Shown: positions 49,610-60,421, counted from the first letter of the stretch. The stretch is DNA of 64,000 nucleotides from Candidatus Sulfomarinibacteraceae bacterium (GCA_963796455.1 CAWCLO010000001.1:1216001-1280000), one strand, 5' to 3'. The notes: generated from the letters alone by a model not told the origin. Numbers and translations: made by a program.

Positions 49610-50451
49610 TGGAATTTCTCTCTGCCGTCCTCGAGTATTCCTTCCTCCGCAACGCCGTCGTCGCCGGCGTTCTGGCCGGCATCGCCTGTGGGGTCGTCGG
49701 TTCCTATGTCGTCGTCCGACGCATCAGCTACATCGCCGGCGCCATCGCCCACTGTGTCCTCGCCGGACTCGGAATCGCCCGGTATCTTCAGGTCGTCCAC
49801 GGTTGGTCGCTGCAGCCGCAGCACGGCGCCACGATCGCGGCGATTGCCGCCGCCCTGCTGATCGGTCTGGTGAGCCTGCGGGCCCGCGAACGCGAAGACA
49901 CCATTATCGGAGCCGTGTGGGCGATCGGAATGGCGGTCGGCATCCTCTTCATCGCGATGACGCCTGGTTACCACGAAGACCTGATGAGCTACCTGTTTGG
50001 CAATATCCTGCTGATCGGCACCGGAGACCTGTGGACGATGGCTCTCCTCGATGTGCTCGTGGTCGCCCTCGGCCTCGGACTCTACCCTCAGCTCGAATCG
50101 GTCTGTTTCGATGAAGAATTCGCCCGCCTCCGAGGCCTCCACGTGGAGCTCTACGTATTGCTTCTGATGGTTCTGACGGCCCTGACCGTCGTGCTGCTGG
50201 TCAGCGTCGTCGGTATCGTGCTCGTGATCGCGCTTCTGACCCTTCCTGCTGCGATCGCGGGGCAATTCACCAATACCCTACGCGGCACGATGGCCCTCGC
50301 CACTCTGCTCACCATCGCCTTCACGACGCTCGGCCTCGGTGTCAGCTTCGGACCCGATCTGCCCGCCGGAGCGACCACCATCGTGATCGCCGGTGCGGCA
50401 TATCTCGGCGTGTTGCTGTTCAAGGCAACGATCAACAGATTTCGCGCGTAG
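49609..50451 (+). CDS. znuB: Metal ABC transporter permease (ZnuB-like)
   Basis: VVVRRISY...IAH, YLFGNIL, FDEEFA, VGIVLVIALLTLP. Confidence 0.85.
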   Translation: MEFLSAVLEYSFLRNAVVAGVLAGIACGVVGSYVVVRRISYIAGAIAHCVLAGLGIARYLQVVHGWSLQPQHGATIAAIAAALLIGLVSLRAREREDTIIGAVWAIGMAVGILFIAMTPGYHEDLMSYLFGNILLIGTGDLWTMALLDVLVVALGLGLYPQLESVCFDEEFARLRGLHVELYVLLLMVLTALTVVLLVSVVGIVLVIALLTLPAAIAGQFTNTLRGTMALATLLTIAFTTLGLGVSFGPDLPAGATTIVIAGAAYLGVLLFKATINRFRA

Positions 50452-50460
50452 ACCGCCCGG

Positions 50461-50985
50461 AGATCGCTCGCTCGATACTCGATACTCGATACTCGATGCT
50501 GGATGCTGGATGTGCTGGATTCCCAAACCCCATGGCTGAGGTGCAGAGGAGAAAGGGAGAACCGCCCGGCACTGGTTTCGCCTGTGTACCCTTGTCGCCT
50601 CCCGATGTCATCCTGAGCGCAGGCCACGACCCGGATGCTCATTGGACGCGTATGTCTCCTCAAGATGTCATCCTGAGCGGAGCCCGCCCTGGGGCGTAGT
50701 CGAAGGATCTATGAGATGGACTGAAACGCCCGTGAACCGCAGATCCTTCGACTCGGCCGTCGGACGGCCTCCCTCAGGATGACATCTTGAACGATCGTTC
50801 CGGTCCCGATCCCGTTCCCGATCCCGTATGGGGCTGACCGTACCCCAGGGTTGAGGAAGCGTTCGCTATCGCTATCGCTATCGGAATCGCTATCGAACGG
50901 CTGCTATGGATACCGACCTCGTAAGAGAGACTGGGCCTCACCGGTTCCGTCGATAATGATAAGGGCCGAGCCTCCTCTGCTCCTC
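50461..50985. repeat. Composite intergenic repeat element, copy C (palindrome core 50660-50790, extra left arm at ~50604)
   Basis: 18-bp perfect IR TCAAGATGTCATCCTGAG / CTCAGGATGACATCTTGA; near-identical to copy B. Confidence 0.9.
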
Positions 50986-51080
50986 CGCCAATTGTCAAAA
51001 CCCTGTCAATATCCTGATAACCGGACTCAAATCGCTATAATGTCCGCCGGCGACCGTGGACGGTCGTCAAGGAGTCAGAT

Positions 51081-52208
51081 ATGAAAAGAACACACGTCAT
51101 TTTTTCGACGCTCGTCATGTGCCTTGCCCTCGTTGCGGCCGCGCCGGTCGATGCCCAGGAGGAGCGGTGCTGCTTCAACAATTTTCGTTTTGCCGGTGGC
51201 TGTATGGTCATCCCACAGGGTTCTACTACATGTGCCGACATATTGGGCGCACTCAACAACTTCAACAGTGTGGGGAACACCTACTGCGACGGCACGACTG
51301 TACGCGGCGGTTGGTCGATGAGCGATTGCGGCAACCCCGCCCAAATCAATCAAAGTCCGGTTGTTCCGCAAACCGCCCAACCGTCGCAACCGATAAGGCC
51401 GAAGCAGAATACCGGTAGGGCTACCAGCCCCCAGACCGCGCCCGCCGCCCAGGATGCGAATCTGCTTCAGGTCTCCGCGCCCCTCAAGGTTCAGTTTGAC
51501 GGCAGCGTCGACAGCGACAGCAACGCCGCGGGCCACATGGTCACCGGCACCCTCCAGGAGGACTTGATGTCCGGCGACACCGTAGTCGCTCCGGCCGGCA
51601 GCCAGGTCCATGCCCGCCTCGTTCCCACGAGTTACTGGACCGACGGCGGAGGGGATGCCTTCGAGATCCAGGCAACCGGGATCGAGGTTGATGGCAAAAT
51701 GATCCCGGTCTCCGCAACAGCGGTCGGCGCAACCGGAGAGATCGACACCATGGGACGCGACATCAACGTGCCAAAGGGCTCCATGGTGAGCTTCGAGGCC
51801 CAATCACCCGATCAACAGAAGGCAGACAAGATGGCCATCCAGGGTGGCAGCCTCACCTGGGCAAAAGCTTTTGATTCCATGGATATCGATGGGGTCACGT
51901 CAGTCTATACCCACGACGCGGTTCTGCTGCCGCCCAACGAACCGGCTGTCTTCGGGATCGACGCCATCCGAGCGACGACGATGGAGATGATGAATGCCGG
52001 ACTCACCGTCGAGCTCGAAGGTCTCGAGCTGAATATCCAGGGAGCCCTCGGCTACATGGCCGGTCGTTATCGCATGCGCAACGCCGACGGCGATCTCGTG
52101 GATCGCGGCAAGTACATCGAGATCTGGAGCAAGGTGGATGGCGAATGGAAGATTCACCGCGATATCTGGAACTCGAGCTTGCCTTCGAGTGAAGATCACG
52201 AAGACTGA
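51081..52208 (+). CDS. Exported protein: 6-Cys N-terminal domain, beta-rich middle, C-terminal SnoaL/DUF4440-like domain
   Basis: Signal peptide; YTHDAVLLPPN...GKYIEIW...WKIHRDIWNS. Confidence 0.75.
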   Translation: MKRTHVIFSTLVMCLALVAAAPVDAQEERCCFNNFRFAGGCMVIPQGSTTCADILGALNNFNSVGNTYCDGTTVRGGWSMSDCGNPAQINQSPVVPQTAQPSQPIRPKQNTGRATSPQTAPAAQDANLLQVSAPLKVQFDGSVDSDSNAAGHMVTGTLQEDLMSGDTVVAPAGSQVHARLVPTSYWTDGGGDAFEIQATGIEVDGKMIPVSATAVGATGEIDTMGRDINVPKGSMVSFEAQSPDQQKADKMAIQGGSLTWAKAFDSMDIDGVTSVYTHDAVLLPPNEPAVFGIDAIRATTMEMMNAGLTVELEGLELNIQGALGYMAGRYRMRNADGDLVDRGKYIEIWSKVDGEWKIHRDIWNSSLPSSEDHED

Positions 52209-52230
52209 TCCACCCCTGTTTTCGCTTTTC

Positions 52231-52256
52231 AAGAGGGGCCTTCGGGCCCCTTTTTT
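52231..52256 (+). terminator. Intrinsic terminator
   Basis: AGGGGCC-TTCG-GGCCCCT followed by a T-run. Confidence 0.9.
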
Positions 52257-52264
52257 GATGCAAG

Positions 52265-52782
52265 ATCACTGCTGTCCAAAACAGATCGTCACCCGAATTT
52301 ACCCACCTGACAACACGTGGTTTACGGGTTGGTTTTTGGAATATCCGGTTCGCGGTTGGCACGTACCCGATCCCGATCCCGAGTTGCAGCGGCAGCGACA
52401 GTGTCCAGCGTCAGCGAACAGGGACAGGGACAGGGACGGCGACAGGGAACAGCGATCAGTGTTCAGCGACGGAGCGCAGCGGCAGCAGTCTGGAGTTCAG
52501 GCGACGCAGTGGCCACCTCCGGGTCGTTCAACAGAAGCGGTAGCCGGTGGGCGGCCGGGATGAGGCCAGTGAAGCGATGAACGCTTTCGATCAGGTCCGT
52601 GCCATGACCTGGAGGCTGTTGAACCCGACAGAGTGAGTGCTGTTGGCTGTCGCTGTCCCGGCCGCTGATCGCTGACGCTGTCGCTGAACACTGCCGCTGG
52701 CGACTGTTCGCTGACTGCTGAACGCTGTTCCCTGTCGCCGTCCCTGATCGCTGTCCGAGACACTGTCTTGAGCAAGAGTGAT
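52265..52782 (+). mobile_element. Four-helix-bundle element, copy 3 (518 bp, internally deleted, both ends kept)
   Basis: Starts ATCACTGCTGTCCAAAACAGA, ends TCTTGAGCAAGAGTGAT; retains only ASEAMNAFDQVRAMTWRLLNPTE*. Confidence 0.78.
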
Positions 52783-52971
52783 TCAAGATGCTGGATGCTG
52801 GATCCGCCCACCCACCCCTTTTTTGATCGCAGAGTTGCCATCCAACAGCGTGCCGGTATGTGACCATCCGCTGTTCACGCTGTCTCAATAATTAGCACGC
52901 GCCGCCGGTCGGCTACAATGTGGCGAGTTCATTCGACCAGGATCGCGAAACGCATCGTGAGGGGGCAAAAC

Positions 52972-54420
52972 ATGATGACCAAGGCCAAACGCACGAACTG
53001 GATCAGAGCGGCCGGAACCGGTCTGCTGTTTCTCGCCGCGTGCACCATGAACCCCGCCACCGGCGAACGGCAGCTGACCCTCATGAGTGAATCGCAGGAG
53101 ATCGCGATGGGCGCCCAGACCCATCCCGAAGTCCTGAATGCATTCGGAGCCTACGACGACCCCGAGTTGCAGCGCTTTATCCAGGAACTCGGCACGAGAA
53201 TCGCCGCCAACTCCGAACGCCCGAATCTCGATTGGACCTTTACCGTACTCGACGACCCAGTGGTCAATGCGATGGCCCTTCCCGGCGGCTTCATCTACGT
53301 CAACCGCGGCATCCTCGCGCACTTCAACTCGGAGGCCGAACTGGCCTCGGTGATCGGCCACGAGATCGGTCATGTGACCGCAAAACACTCGGTGGAACAG
53401 ATGAGCCGTGCCCAACTCGCCCAGATCGGGCTCGGGGTCGCCGCCGTCGCTTCAGAAGACTTTCGCCGCTACGCCGGACTCGCAAGTCAGGGCATCCAGG
53501 TTCTTTTTCTCAAATTCGGCCGCGACGACGAAAACCAATCGGATGAACTGGGGCTTCGCTACATGACCAAGGCGGGGTACGACCCGCACGAAATGCCCAA
53601 AGTGTTCGCCACTTTGGATCGCGTCAGCCAGGCTCACGGTCTGCGCTCCACTCCGGAGTGGCTTTCCACTCACCCCAACCCCGGGAATCGAATTGAAAAC
53701 ATCGATGCCCGGATCGCGAGGCTGCCCCCGGATGCCCTGCAGGGCACGGTCGGACGCGAGTCATACCTCGACAGGTTGCAGGGGATGGTCTTTGGTGAAG
53801 ATCCAAGGCAGGGCTACACCATCGGGCAGACCTACTACCACCCGGTTCTGGCCTTCAAGATCGCTTTTCCGGACGAATGGCGGATCATCAATCAGAGATC
53901 TGCCGTTGGCGCCCTGAGCCCGAAACAGGATGCTGCGGTTGTTCTCACTTTGTCGGACAAAGCCAGTCCTCAGGCCGCATTTGACGCCTTCTTCGGTCAG
54001 CAGGGTATCCAAAAGGGCCCCAACCGAGGACGCAACATCTATGCTTTCCGGGCGTTTGACACCCAGACCGGCGCCGGGACCGCCGAAGGCCTGATCGGTT
54101 TTCTCAATCACGACGGCCGGGTCTATCAGCTGATGGGATACACAGGTCTCGAGACCTGGGACACTTACGGCCGCGCGATGCAGTCGTCCCTGGCCAGCTT
54201 CGCCAACGTCACGCAACGAAAATACCTGGATGTGGACCCGAAAACAGTCTCGATCATCACCGTGCCGCGCAGAATGTCCTTCGCCGAGTTCAGCGAGCGC
54301 TATCCGTCAAATATCGAGGCTGCTCAGCTGGCGTTGATCAACGGCGTGGCCGAAGACGGCGTGCTCGAAAAGGGTGCATTGATGAAAAGGATTGTCGGCG
54401 GCGAACTTCCCGAGAGGTGA
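52972..54420 (+). CDS. M48 family metalloprotease lipoprotein (BepA/YfgC-like)
   Basis: LAAC lipobox, NAMALPGG, HEIGH, E.QSD, WLSTHP. Confidence 0.9.
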   Translation: MMTKAKRTNWIRAAGTGLLFLAACTMNPATGERQLTLMSESQEIAMGAQTHPEVLNAFGAYDDPELQRFIQELGTRIAANSERPNLDWTFTVLDDPVVNAMALPGGFIYVNRGILAHFNSEAELASVIGHEIGHVTAKHSVEQMSRAQLAQIGLGVAAVASEDFRRYAGLASQGIQVLFLKFGRDDENQSDELGLRYMTKAGYDPHEMPKVFATLDRVSQAHGLRSTPEWLSTHPNPGNRIENIDARIARLPPDALQGTVGRESYLDRLQGMVFGEDPRQGYTIGQTYYHPVLAFKIAFPDEWRIINQRSAVGALSPKQDAAVVLTLSDKASPQAAFDAFFGQQGIQKGPNRGRNIYAFRAFDTQTGAGTAEGLIGFLNHDGRVYQLMGYTGLETWDTYGRAMQSSLASFANVTQRKYLDVDPKTVSIITVPRRMSFAEFSERYPSNIEAAQLALINGVAEDGVLEKGALMKRIVGGELPER

Positions 54421-54478
54421 GGGGATTAGGGTTTAGGGTTCGGCGCACTCATCCCAGGAGAGCACTTTTCTCTAGACC

Positions 54479-55294
54479 CTAAAGCGGCTTCCTCAGCACC
54501 CACAGGTAGGTTGGGAAAGCCCAGTAGGCCATTTCCAATACGGCCAGCGCGGCGCGCTGTCGAACCGAACCCGGCTCGACCATATCGGTGGCTTCGAAGC
54601 GCTCGGGATCGCGCACCACCCGCTGGGTAAAATCCAAAACCTCGAAATTTTGGACCAGGCTCCGTAAGCCCCAGACGGTCAGATGGGTCTCGTAGCGGTC
54701 ACGGCCGCGGCCGGCGATGCGGAGGCTCAGGTCGGCCAGGGGTTTTGGCAGGACCGTGATCAACGGAAGATTCGAGTGGCCGTCCCACAGTCGCAGGCGG
54801 TTTTCGGCTGCGAAATAACACAGCCCTCCCGGCCGCAACACACGGTTGATCTCCCGAATCATGATTTCCGCATCCGGTACGTGTTCGTAAATGTGGGTGC
54901 AGGTCACGATGTCGAAATCACCGTCCGGAAATGGCAGCTCCATCGAGTCGCCGACCCGGTATTCGATGTTCTCCGCCGCCCGATTCCGGCGCGCCCATTC
55001 AATGGCGCCGTCGTCGATGTCGATCCCCACCACCTTCGTAAAGAAACCGCCGTAGTGGAGAGTTAGGATTCCCGTCGAACAGCCGATATCGAGGACACGA
55101 GCCGCGGCCGGATCCAGACCGGTCGCGCGCGAGGCCTCGAGCAACACCGCCACCGTCTTCCGCGCTTTGTGAAGCCGCCCCACCTCGTCAAACATCGTTT
55201 CGGGGTGTATATCCGAAAAATCCCGTTGGTACTCGAGGCCACGGGCGGGCTCTTCAGACGATGGTTTTCCGGTCTCTCCCATTTGGGACATCAT
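54479..55294 (-). CDS. Class I SAM-dependent methyltransferase
   Basis: VLDIGCSTG, GIDID, LPFPDGDFD, RVLRPGG; start uncertain. Confidence 0.88.
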   Translation of the reverse strand: MMSQMGETGKPSSEEPARGLEYQRDFSDIHPETMFDEVGRLHKARKTVAVLLEASRATGLDPAAARVLDIGCSTGILTLHYGGFFTKVVGIDIDDGAIEWARRNRAAENIEYRVGDSMELPFPDGDFDIVTCTHIYEHVPDAEIMIREINRVLRPGGLCYFAAENRLRLWDGHSNLPLITVLPKPLADLSLRIAGRGRDRYETHLTVWGLRSLVQNFEVLDFTQRVVRDPERFEATDMVEPGSVRQRAALAVLEMAYWAFPTYLWVLRKPL

Positions 55295-55350
55295 AACCCC
55301 AGGAACGTCGACCGTAGTCACTCAATTTCGTGACCTGAGAGATCGCTAGC

Positions 55351-56661
55351 TCAGCTCGGCTTGCGGGGAGTGGCGAGTTGGTTGACCAGTTCGAGAAAAG
55401 TGGTATTGCCCACCGCATCAAAGCCGGCTTCCCTGAAGGACGAGACGATCTCCTCGGTCTTGATCTCGATCGGTCGCTGCCGCATCTGCTCGTCACCCAT
55501 CGGGATGAACGCCGCGATCACATCCGAAACCCGTACCGCATCGAGCGATCTCGCCGGGACCACGCCTTCAGCGCCCGAACCAATGGCCACCCTTCGCGCG
55601 AGACCGGCCTTGACCAGGCGATCGATATGACTGTCCACCGAGCCGGTTGCAACCAGGAATCGGCGCGACAGCCTGTCCGCCGTTGGCGGTTCCTTGCCCA
55701 GATGAAATCTCTGAGCGATCAACGTGAAGATCTGAAGACCGGTGGGCACACGGTCGCAATCGTCCCGATCCCCAACCGACCGGCTGCGGATGAGGGCAGC
55801 GAAGTGTTGATGGGTAAACGAGATCTCGAGACCGAGGAGGACGATGATCCAGGTGATGTACAGCCAGACCAAAAAGATCGGGATCACGGCCAGCGAGCCG
55901 TAGATGGTCGAATAACGCACGGATTGACCGACCCAATTGGCAAAGAGGTTCTTCCCGAGTTCGAAGAACACGCTGCCGATCGCCGCACCGACCACCGCAC
56001 TCTTGAGCTGAACCCTCGTGAACGGGATGACGAGATACATCAGCAAAAACGCAAAAAACGTCAACGCCAGCGGGAAGAACCACGTGCCGATTTTTTCCAG
56101 CGTCCCCGGGTCGAAAGGCACGTCACTCAAGATGGCGGCCTTGATTCGAGCCGAGAAGGTCAGACTGGCACCGAGCAGCAAAGTGCCAAAAACCAGAACC
56201 GAGGTATAGGAGGTGATCTTGGCGATGATCTTGCGGTGGGTCGTGACATGCCAGATGTTGTTGAAGTTGGACTCGATGTTGTCGAGAAGCAGAATCGAGG
56301 CCAGAATCAGCGCCAGAAAACCGATCAGGCCGAGGCTCCTGGCCCCGTCGGCGAACTGGTTGAAATAGGCGATGATTTCACTCTGACTGGTGGGCAGAAA
56401 CTGATCGAAGAGGAATTCCTGAGCCTTGGTTTTGACCTCGTCGAAGGCACCAAAGGCCGAAAATATGGCAAAGGCGACGGCCACCAATGGGACGGCGGCG
56501 AGCAACGATGAATAGGCGAGACCGGACGCCCGAATCACAATCTTGTCGCGATTGAACTGTCCCAGTGTCGCCTGAACAAACTGAATCACTCGAACGGAAG
56601 CCTGCTCCCACCTGGGCAGGTCACTCAGATCGAGGCGGTTGAGATGGTCAATAACTCGCAA
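55351..56661 (-). CDS. YihY/BrkB family membrane protein with C-terminal HTH-like domain
   Basis: ASGLAYSSLLAAVP, IYGSLAVIPIFLVWLYITWIIVLLG. Confidence 0.88.
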   Translation of the reverse strand: MRVIDHLNRLDLSDLPRWEQASVRVIQFVQATLGQFNRDKIVIRASGLAYSSLLAAVPLVAVAFAIFSAFGAFDEVKTKAQEFLFDQFLPTSQSEIIAYFNQFADGARSLGLIGFLALILASILLLDNIESNFNNIWHVTTHRKIIAKITSYTSVLVFGTLLLGASLTFSARIKAAILSDVPFDPGTLEKIGTWFFPLALTFFAFLLMYLVIPFTRVQLKSAVVGAAIGSVFFELGKNLFANWVGQSVRYSTIYGSLAVIPIFLVWLYITWIIVLLGLEISFTHQHFAALIRSRSVGDRDDCDRVPTGLQIFTLIAQRFHLGKEPPTADRLSRRFLVATGSVDSHIDRLVKAGLARRVAIGSGAEGVVPARSLDAVRVSDVIAAFIPMGDEQMRQRPIEIKTEEIVSSFREAGFDAVGNTTFLELVNQLATPRKPS

Positions 56662-56833
56662 TGCTCCTCAATAATAGAGCAATCGACCTCAACGAGGGCA
56701 CAGTTCGCGAGCAAGAACGGTGGAGAGATCCACAGCCACTGGTTTTGAGGCGCAACCTGATTGCCGGGAATCGCATCGCCTGCACCGCCAAATACGTTAT
56801 TTCTACTGGAGATCCGGTTAGAATGGGCCCACC

Positions 56834-58324
56834 ATGATCCAACCCGGAAGCAAAATGGTGTTCTATCGCTGTGTGGTGACCATCGCGGCGGCCCTCGTCT
56901 GCCTGCCGGGAGCCGTCCTTGCCGACCCGACGCCTCAGACCTCAGGCCAGGAACCCGAGGCTCAAGCCCGGATCAAAGAGACATTCACCGGAGACCTGCC
57001 ACAAATCATCGAACGCAGACTCCTGCGCGTCCTGATCAGTTACAGCCGCACCAACTATTTTATTGACTTCGGTACTGAACGCGGTTTCGAGTACGAACTC
57101 CTCCGCAAGTATGAGGAACACCTCAACCAGGGACGAAAACTGAGTCAACGGGTCATCGTTGTTTTCATCCCGGTACCGCTTGAAAAGCTGCTGTCGGACC
57201 TCGAGGCCGGCCGCGGCGATATTGCGGCAGGTGGTCTGACGGTCAGCGAGCATCGACGTCGGAGAGTGGACTTCTCGACTCCCTATATTCCAAGCGTCCA
57301 TGAGGTCGTGGTCTCGCGTTCCGGGGGGGCCACCATTGCTGAAGTCGACGATCTCTCCGGACGTGAGGTCTGGGTTCGCAGGGGCAGCACCTACGAAAAC
57401 TCACTTCGGGCGCTCAACTCCCGACTCGAGGCCGCAGGGAAAAAACCGGTCAAAATCGTCGACGCCCCACCCCACCTCGGAACCGAGGATCTCCTCGAAT
57501 TGCTCAACGCCGGCGTTTTTGATTTCACCGTTGCCGATCAGCACATCGCCGAGGCGTGGGCGGGCGCGCTCCCGAAAATCCGGGTCCACCCCGATCTCGG
57601 GGTTTCGACCGGTGGTTCGATCGCCTGGGCCATTCGCAAAAAAAGCCCCGCTCTCAAGGCCGATCTCGATGCCTTCGTGAAGTCGATCCGTAAAGGCACA
57701 CTGACCGGCAATATCTTCTTCAACCGCTACTTCAAGGCCTCGAAATGGATCTCCAATCCCCTGTCGAAAGCTGATCAGAAGCGACTCGAGCAACTTCGCC
57801 ATCTGTTTCAAAAGTACGGTGAGATCTATGGTTTCGATTGGCTGGCGCTGGCCGCAGTCGGCTATCAGGAAAGCGGGCTCGATCAGAGCCAACGAAGCCG
57901 GGCGGGTGCTGTCGGGGTCATGCAATTGAAGCCGTCGACGGCGGCCGACAAAAACGTCAATGTCACCCCCATCGACACGATCGAGAACAATATTCACGCC
58001 GGCACCAAATACCTGGCTTTCCTTCGCGACCGTTATTTTTCGGACCCCGAGATCCCCGATGGGGCTCGTTTCGACTTCACCCTCGCCGCCTACAACACGG
58101 GTCCCGCGCGGGTGGCGAGCCTGCGCCGCGAGGCAGCTGAAAAGGGCTACGACCGGAATCTCTGGTTTGGCAACGTCGAAACGGTTGCGGCAGCCCGGGT
58201 CGGCAGCGAGACGCTCAAATATGTCGCCAACATCAACAAATACTATCTGGCATACACTGATTTCTATCGTGAAAACCTGCAGCGAGAGCTCCAGAAGCAA
58301 TCTTTGAGCTCACCGCCGCGTTAG
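56834..58324 (+). CDS. MltF-like protein (periplasmic binding domain + SLT lytic transglycosylase)
   Basis: GFEYELL, DFSTPY, YQESG, GAVGVMQL, AAYNTG, ETLKYV. Confidence 0.88.
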   Translation: MIQPGSKMVFYRCVVTIAAALVCLPGAVLADPTPQTSGQEPEAQARIKETFTGDLPQIIERRLLRVLISYSRTNYFIDFGTERGFEYELLRKYEEHLNQGRKLSQRVIVVFIPVPLEKLLSDLEAGRGDIAAGGLTVSEHRRRRVDFSTPYIPSVHEVVVSRSGGATIAEVDDLSGREVWVRRGSTYENSLRALNSRLEAAGKKPVKIVDAPPHLGTEDLLELLNAGVFDFTVADQHIAEAWAGALPKIRVHPDLGVSTGGSIAWAIRKKSPALKADLDAFVKSIRKGTLTGNIFFNRYFKASKWISNPLSKADQKRLEQLRHLFQKYGEIYGFDWLALAAVGYQESGLDQSQRSRAGAVGVMQLKPSTAADKNVNVTPIDTIENNIHAGTKYLAFLRDRYFSDPEIPDGARFDFTLAAYNTGPARVASLRREAAEKGYDRNLWFGNVETVAAARVGSETLKYVANINKYYLAYTDFYRENLQRELQKQSLSSPPR

Positions 58325-58350
58325 ACTCAATAGAACCACGGAGGATTCCC

Positions 58351-58701
58351 ATGACCCTTGAAAAAATTGCTTGCGCCGCTCTGATCTGTCTTTTTCTTGG
58401 TATCGGGTCGGTCGCAGCGGTCGAAATGGCCGCCCTACCGGCTCCAGAACTGATGACCACCGCAACGCAGAGTGAACCGTGTTGCTTCACCAATCCCCGA
58501 TTCACAGGAATCTGCCAGGTAACGCCCGGTAGCGACGAAAGCTGTTCGAGCATCCTCGGCTATCTCAACAACCCGAACAGCGTCGGCCGGGCCTATTGCG
58601 GCAATACGAAGGTCCGGGGCGGTTGGGCGCAGACCGACTGCGAAGGTTCGGCTCAGACGGCGACAGAGTATTCCTGCCCGGTTGACCCAATTCAGGAGTG
58701 A
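58351..58701 (+). CDS. Small exported protein with stand-alone 6-Cys domain
   Basis: Signal peptide; paralogous to the N-terminal domain of 51081-52208; GGAGG RBS. Confidence 0.8.
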   Translation: MTLEKIACAALICLFLGIGSVAAVEMAALPAPELMTTATQSEPCCFTNPRFTGICQVTPGSDESCSSILGYLNNPNSVGRAYCGNTKVRGGWAQTDCEGSAQTATEYSCPVDPIQE

Positions 58702-58754
58702 AGCCTTTTCGTGCAACGGTTTTCCGGCACAGCGCTGAAGAACTGGGAGAAATC

Positions 58755-59225
58755 ATGCAACGTCTTTTGGTCCTGACAGCACTGGCTACGGCCATATTTC
58801 TCGCGCCCGGCGCAAATGCCCAAATGGATGACTCGGAAGCCGTCCGACTGACTCGTTCAGCGATCCAGGCCGAACGGCAGGAAATCCTGGCGGCAAACCT
58901 CGAAATGAGCGAGGATCAACGAACCGTGTTCTGGCCCCTTTATGCAGAATACCGGCAGGAACTCGAGACCGCCGTCGACACCCGCGTGGATATCCTGAAT
59001 CGGTTTTTTGCCGAATACGAGACGATGACCGACGTCGAGGCAACCGAGCTGTTGACCGAGCACCTCGCATGGAAACGACAGGTATTGAAAATCCAGAGCA
59101 CCTATGCCAAAAAAATGTCGAAGGTGCTTCCCGGATTGGTCGTGGCCCGTTTTTTCCAGATTGAAAACAAGATGGACATTATCGTCGAGTACGAACTGGC
59201 CGGAGAGATCCCTTTGGTTCAATAA
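58755..59225 (+). CDS. Exported alpha-helical hypothetical protein
   Basis: Signal peptide ANA|Q; FWPLYAEY, RFFQIENK. Confidence 0.7.
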   Translation: MQRLLVLTALATAIFLAPGANAQMDDSEAVRLTRSAIQAERQEILAANLEMSEDQRTVFWPLYAEYRQELETAVDTRVDILNRFFAEYETMTDVEATELLTEHLAWKRQVLKIQSTYAKKMSKVLPGLVVARFFQIENKMDIIVEYELAGEIPLVQ

Positions 59226-59353
59226 ACCGCAGATCTGCATCATCTCGCAGGCTTTGCCAGCGGCAGAAGCGGGATTCGGCGATCGATATCGGAAACCCCC
59301 TGCGCTACAATTCGAAAAATCAGAACCGATTTCGGCACCGTGGGAGGTCCGTG

Positions 59354-60421
59354 ATGCGTATTCATCGAGCGATGGTCATTGCTTTTTCCGTGCTCGCTCT
59401 GGTTCTGCCATCGGCCGCACAGGTGGTCCTCGCCCAAACGCCAACTCTGCCGCAGATCTTTCAGTCCGTCGACCCGGCAGTGGTCGAGATCACGACCGCC
59501 ACCAGCGTGGCCTCCCCAACAGGGCCGGCCGGTAAGGTTTCAGAGGGAGGCATCGGGTCCGGCGTCCTGATCTCCACCGACGGGCGGATCATGACCGCCT
59601 CCCACGTGGTGCAGGCGGCAGACCAGGTGACGGTGCGCTTTGTCAACGGCGAAACCGTCAGCGCCCGGGTCGTGGCTTCCGAACCGAGCGCCGATCTCGC
59701 CCTGATTCAGGCCGAGCGGGTTCCCGAGGGCATCCCGTCGGCATCGGTCGGAAACTCCGACGATGTCCAGGTCGGCGACCAGATCTTCATCGTCGGCGCG
59801 CCCTTCGGCATTGGTCACTCGTTGTCGGTGGGCCACATCAGCGCGCGCAGAAAAAACCGCCAGATCTTCGCCGGAGTCGAACCGGTAGAGCTGCTGCAGA
59901 CCGACGCGGCGATCAATCGCGGAAACTCGGGCGGCCCGATGTTCAGCATGAACGGGGAGGTTGTCGGCATCGTCAGCCACATTCTCTCGACCGGAGGCGG
60001 CTCCGAGGGCGTCGGTTTCGTCATTACCTCGAATGTCGCGCTGAGCGTCCTGATCGACGAACCCTCGCCTTGGACCGGTCTCGACGGTCTCTATATCGAA
60101 GGACGGATCGCGCAGGCACTGAATGTTCCGCAGAGCGCCGCCCTTCTGGTCGAAGGCGTCGCGGTGGGCTCGCCGGCCGCGGCGATCGGGCTGCGCCCGG
60201 GTGATACGCCGGCGCAGGTCGCCGGGCAGCGACTGACCCTTGGCGGTGACGTCATTCTCGCCGTCAATGGCGTCGTTGTCGGCACACCGGACTTCGCGAA
60301 ACGAATCGACCAAAAAATGGCTGCCCTGGGTGGCAGCGACCAATTGAAGCTTCGAGTGCTTCGCGACGGCAACGTCATTGAGCTCAGCAAATCACTGGAG
60401 ATTCTCGGGATCAAGCAATAG
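59354..60421 (+). CDS. HtrA/DegQ-like serine protease with PDZ domain
   Basis: GSG, TASHVV, DLALI, QTDAAINRGNSGGP, GSPAAAIGL. Confidence 0.92.
   Translation: MRIHRAMVIAFSVLALVLPSAAQVVLAQTPTLPQIFQSVDPAVVEITTATSVASPTGPAGKVSEGGIGSGVLISTDGRIMTASHVVQAADQVTVRFVNGETVSARVVASEPSADLALIQAERVPEGIPSASVGNSDDVQVGDQIFIVGAPFGIGHSLSVGHISARRKNRQIFAGVEPVELLQTDAAINRGNSGGPMFSMNGEVVGIVSHILSTGGGSEGVGFVITSNVALSVLIDEPSPWTGLDGLYIEGRIAQALNVPQSAALLVEGVAVGSPAAAIGLRPGDTPAQVAGQRLTLGGDVILAVNGVVVGTPDFAKRIDQKMAALGGSDQLKLRVLRDGNVIELSKSLEILGIKQ

Noticed and set aside
54424..54483. Telomere-like TTTAGGG repeats
   Set aside because: Only about two units; at most a weak member of the intergenic heptamer class
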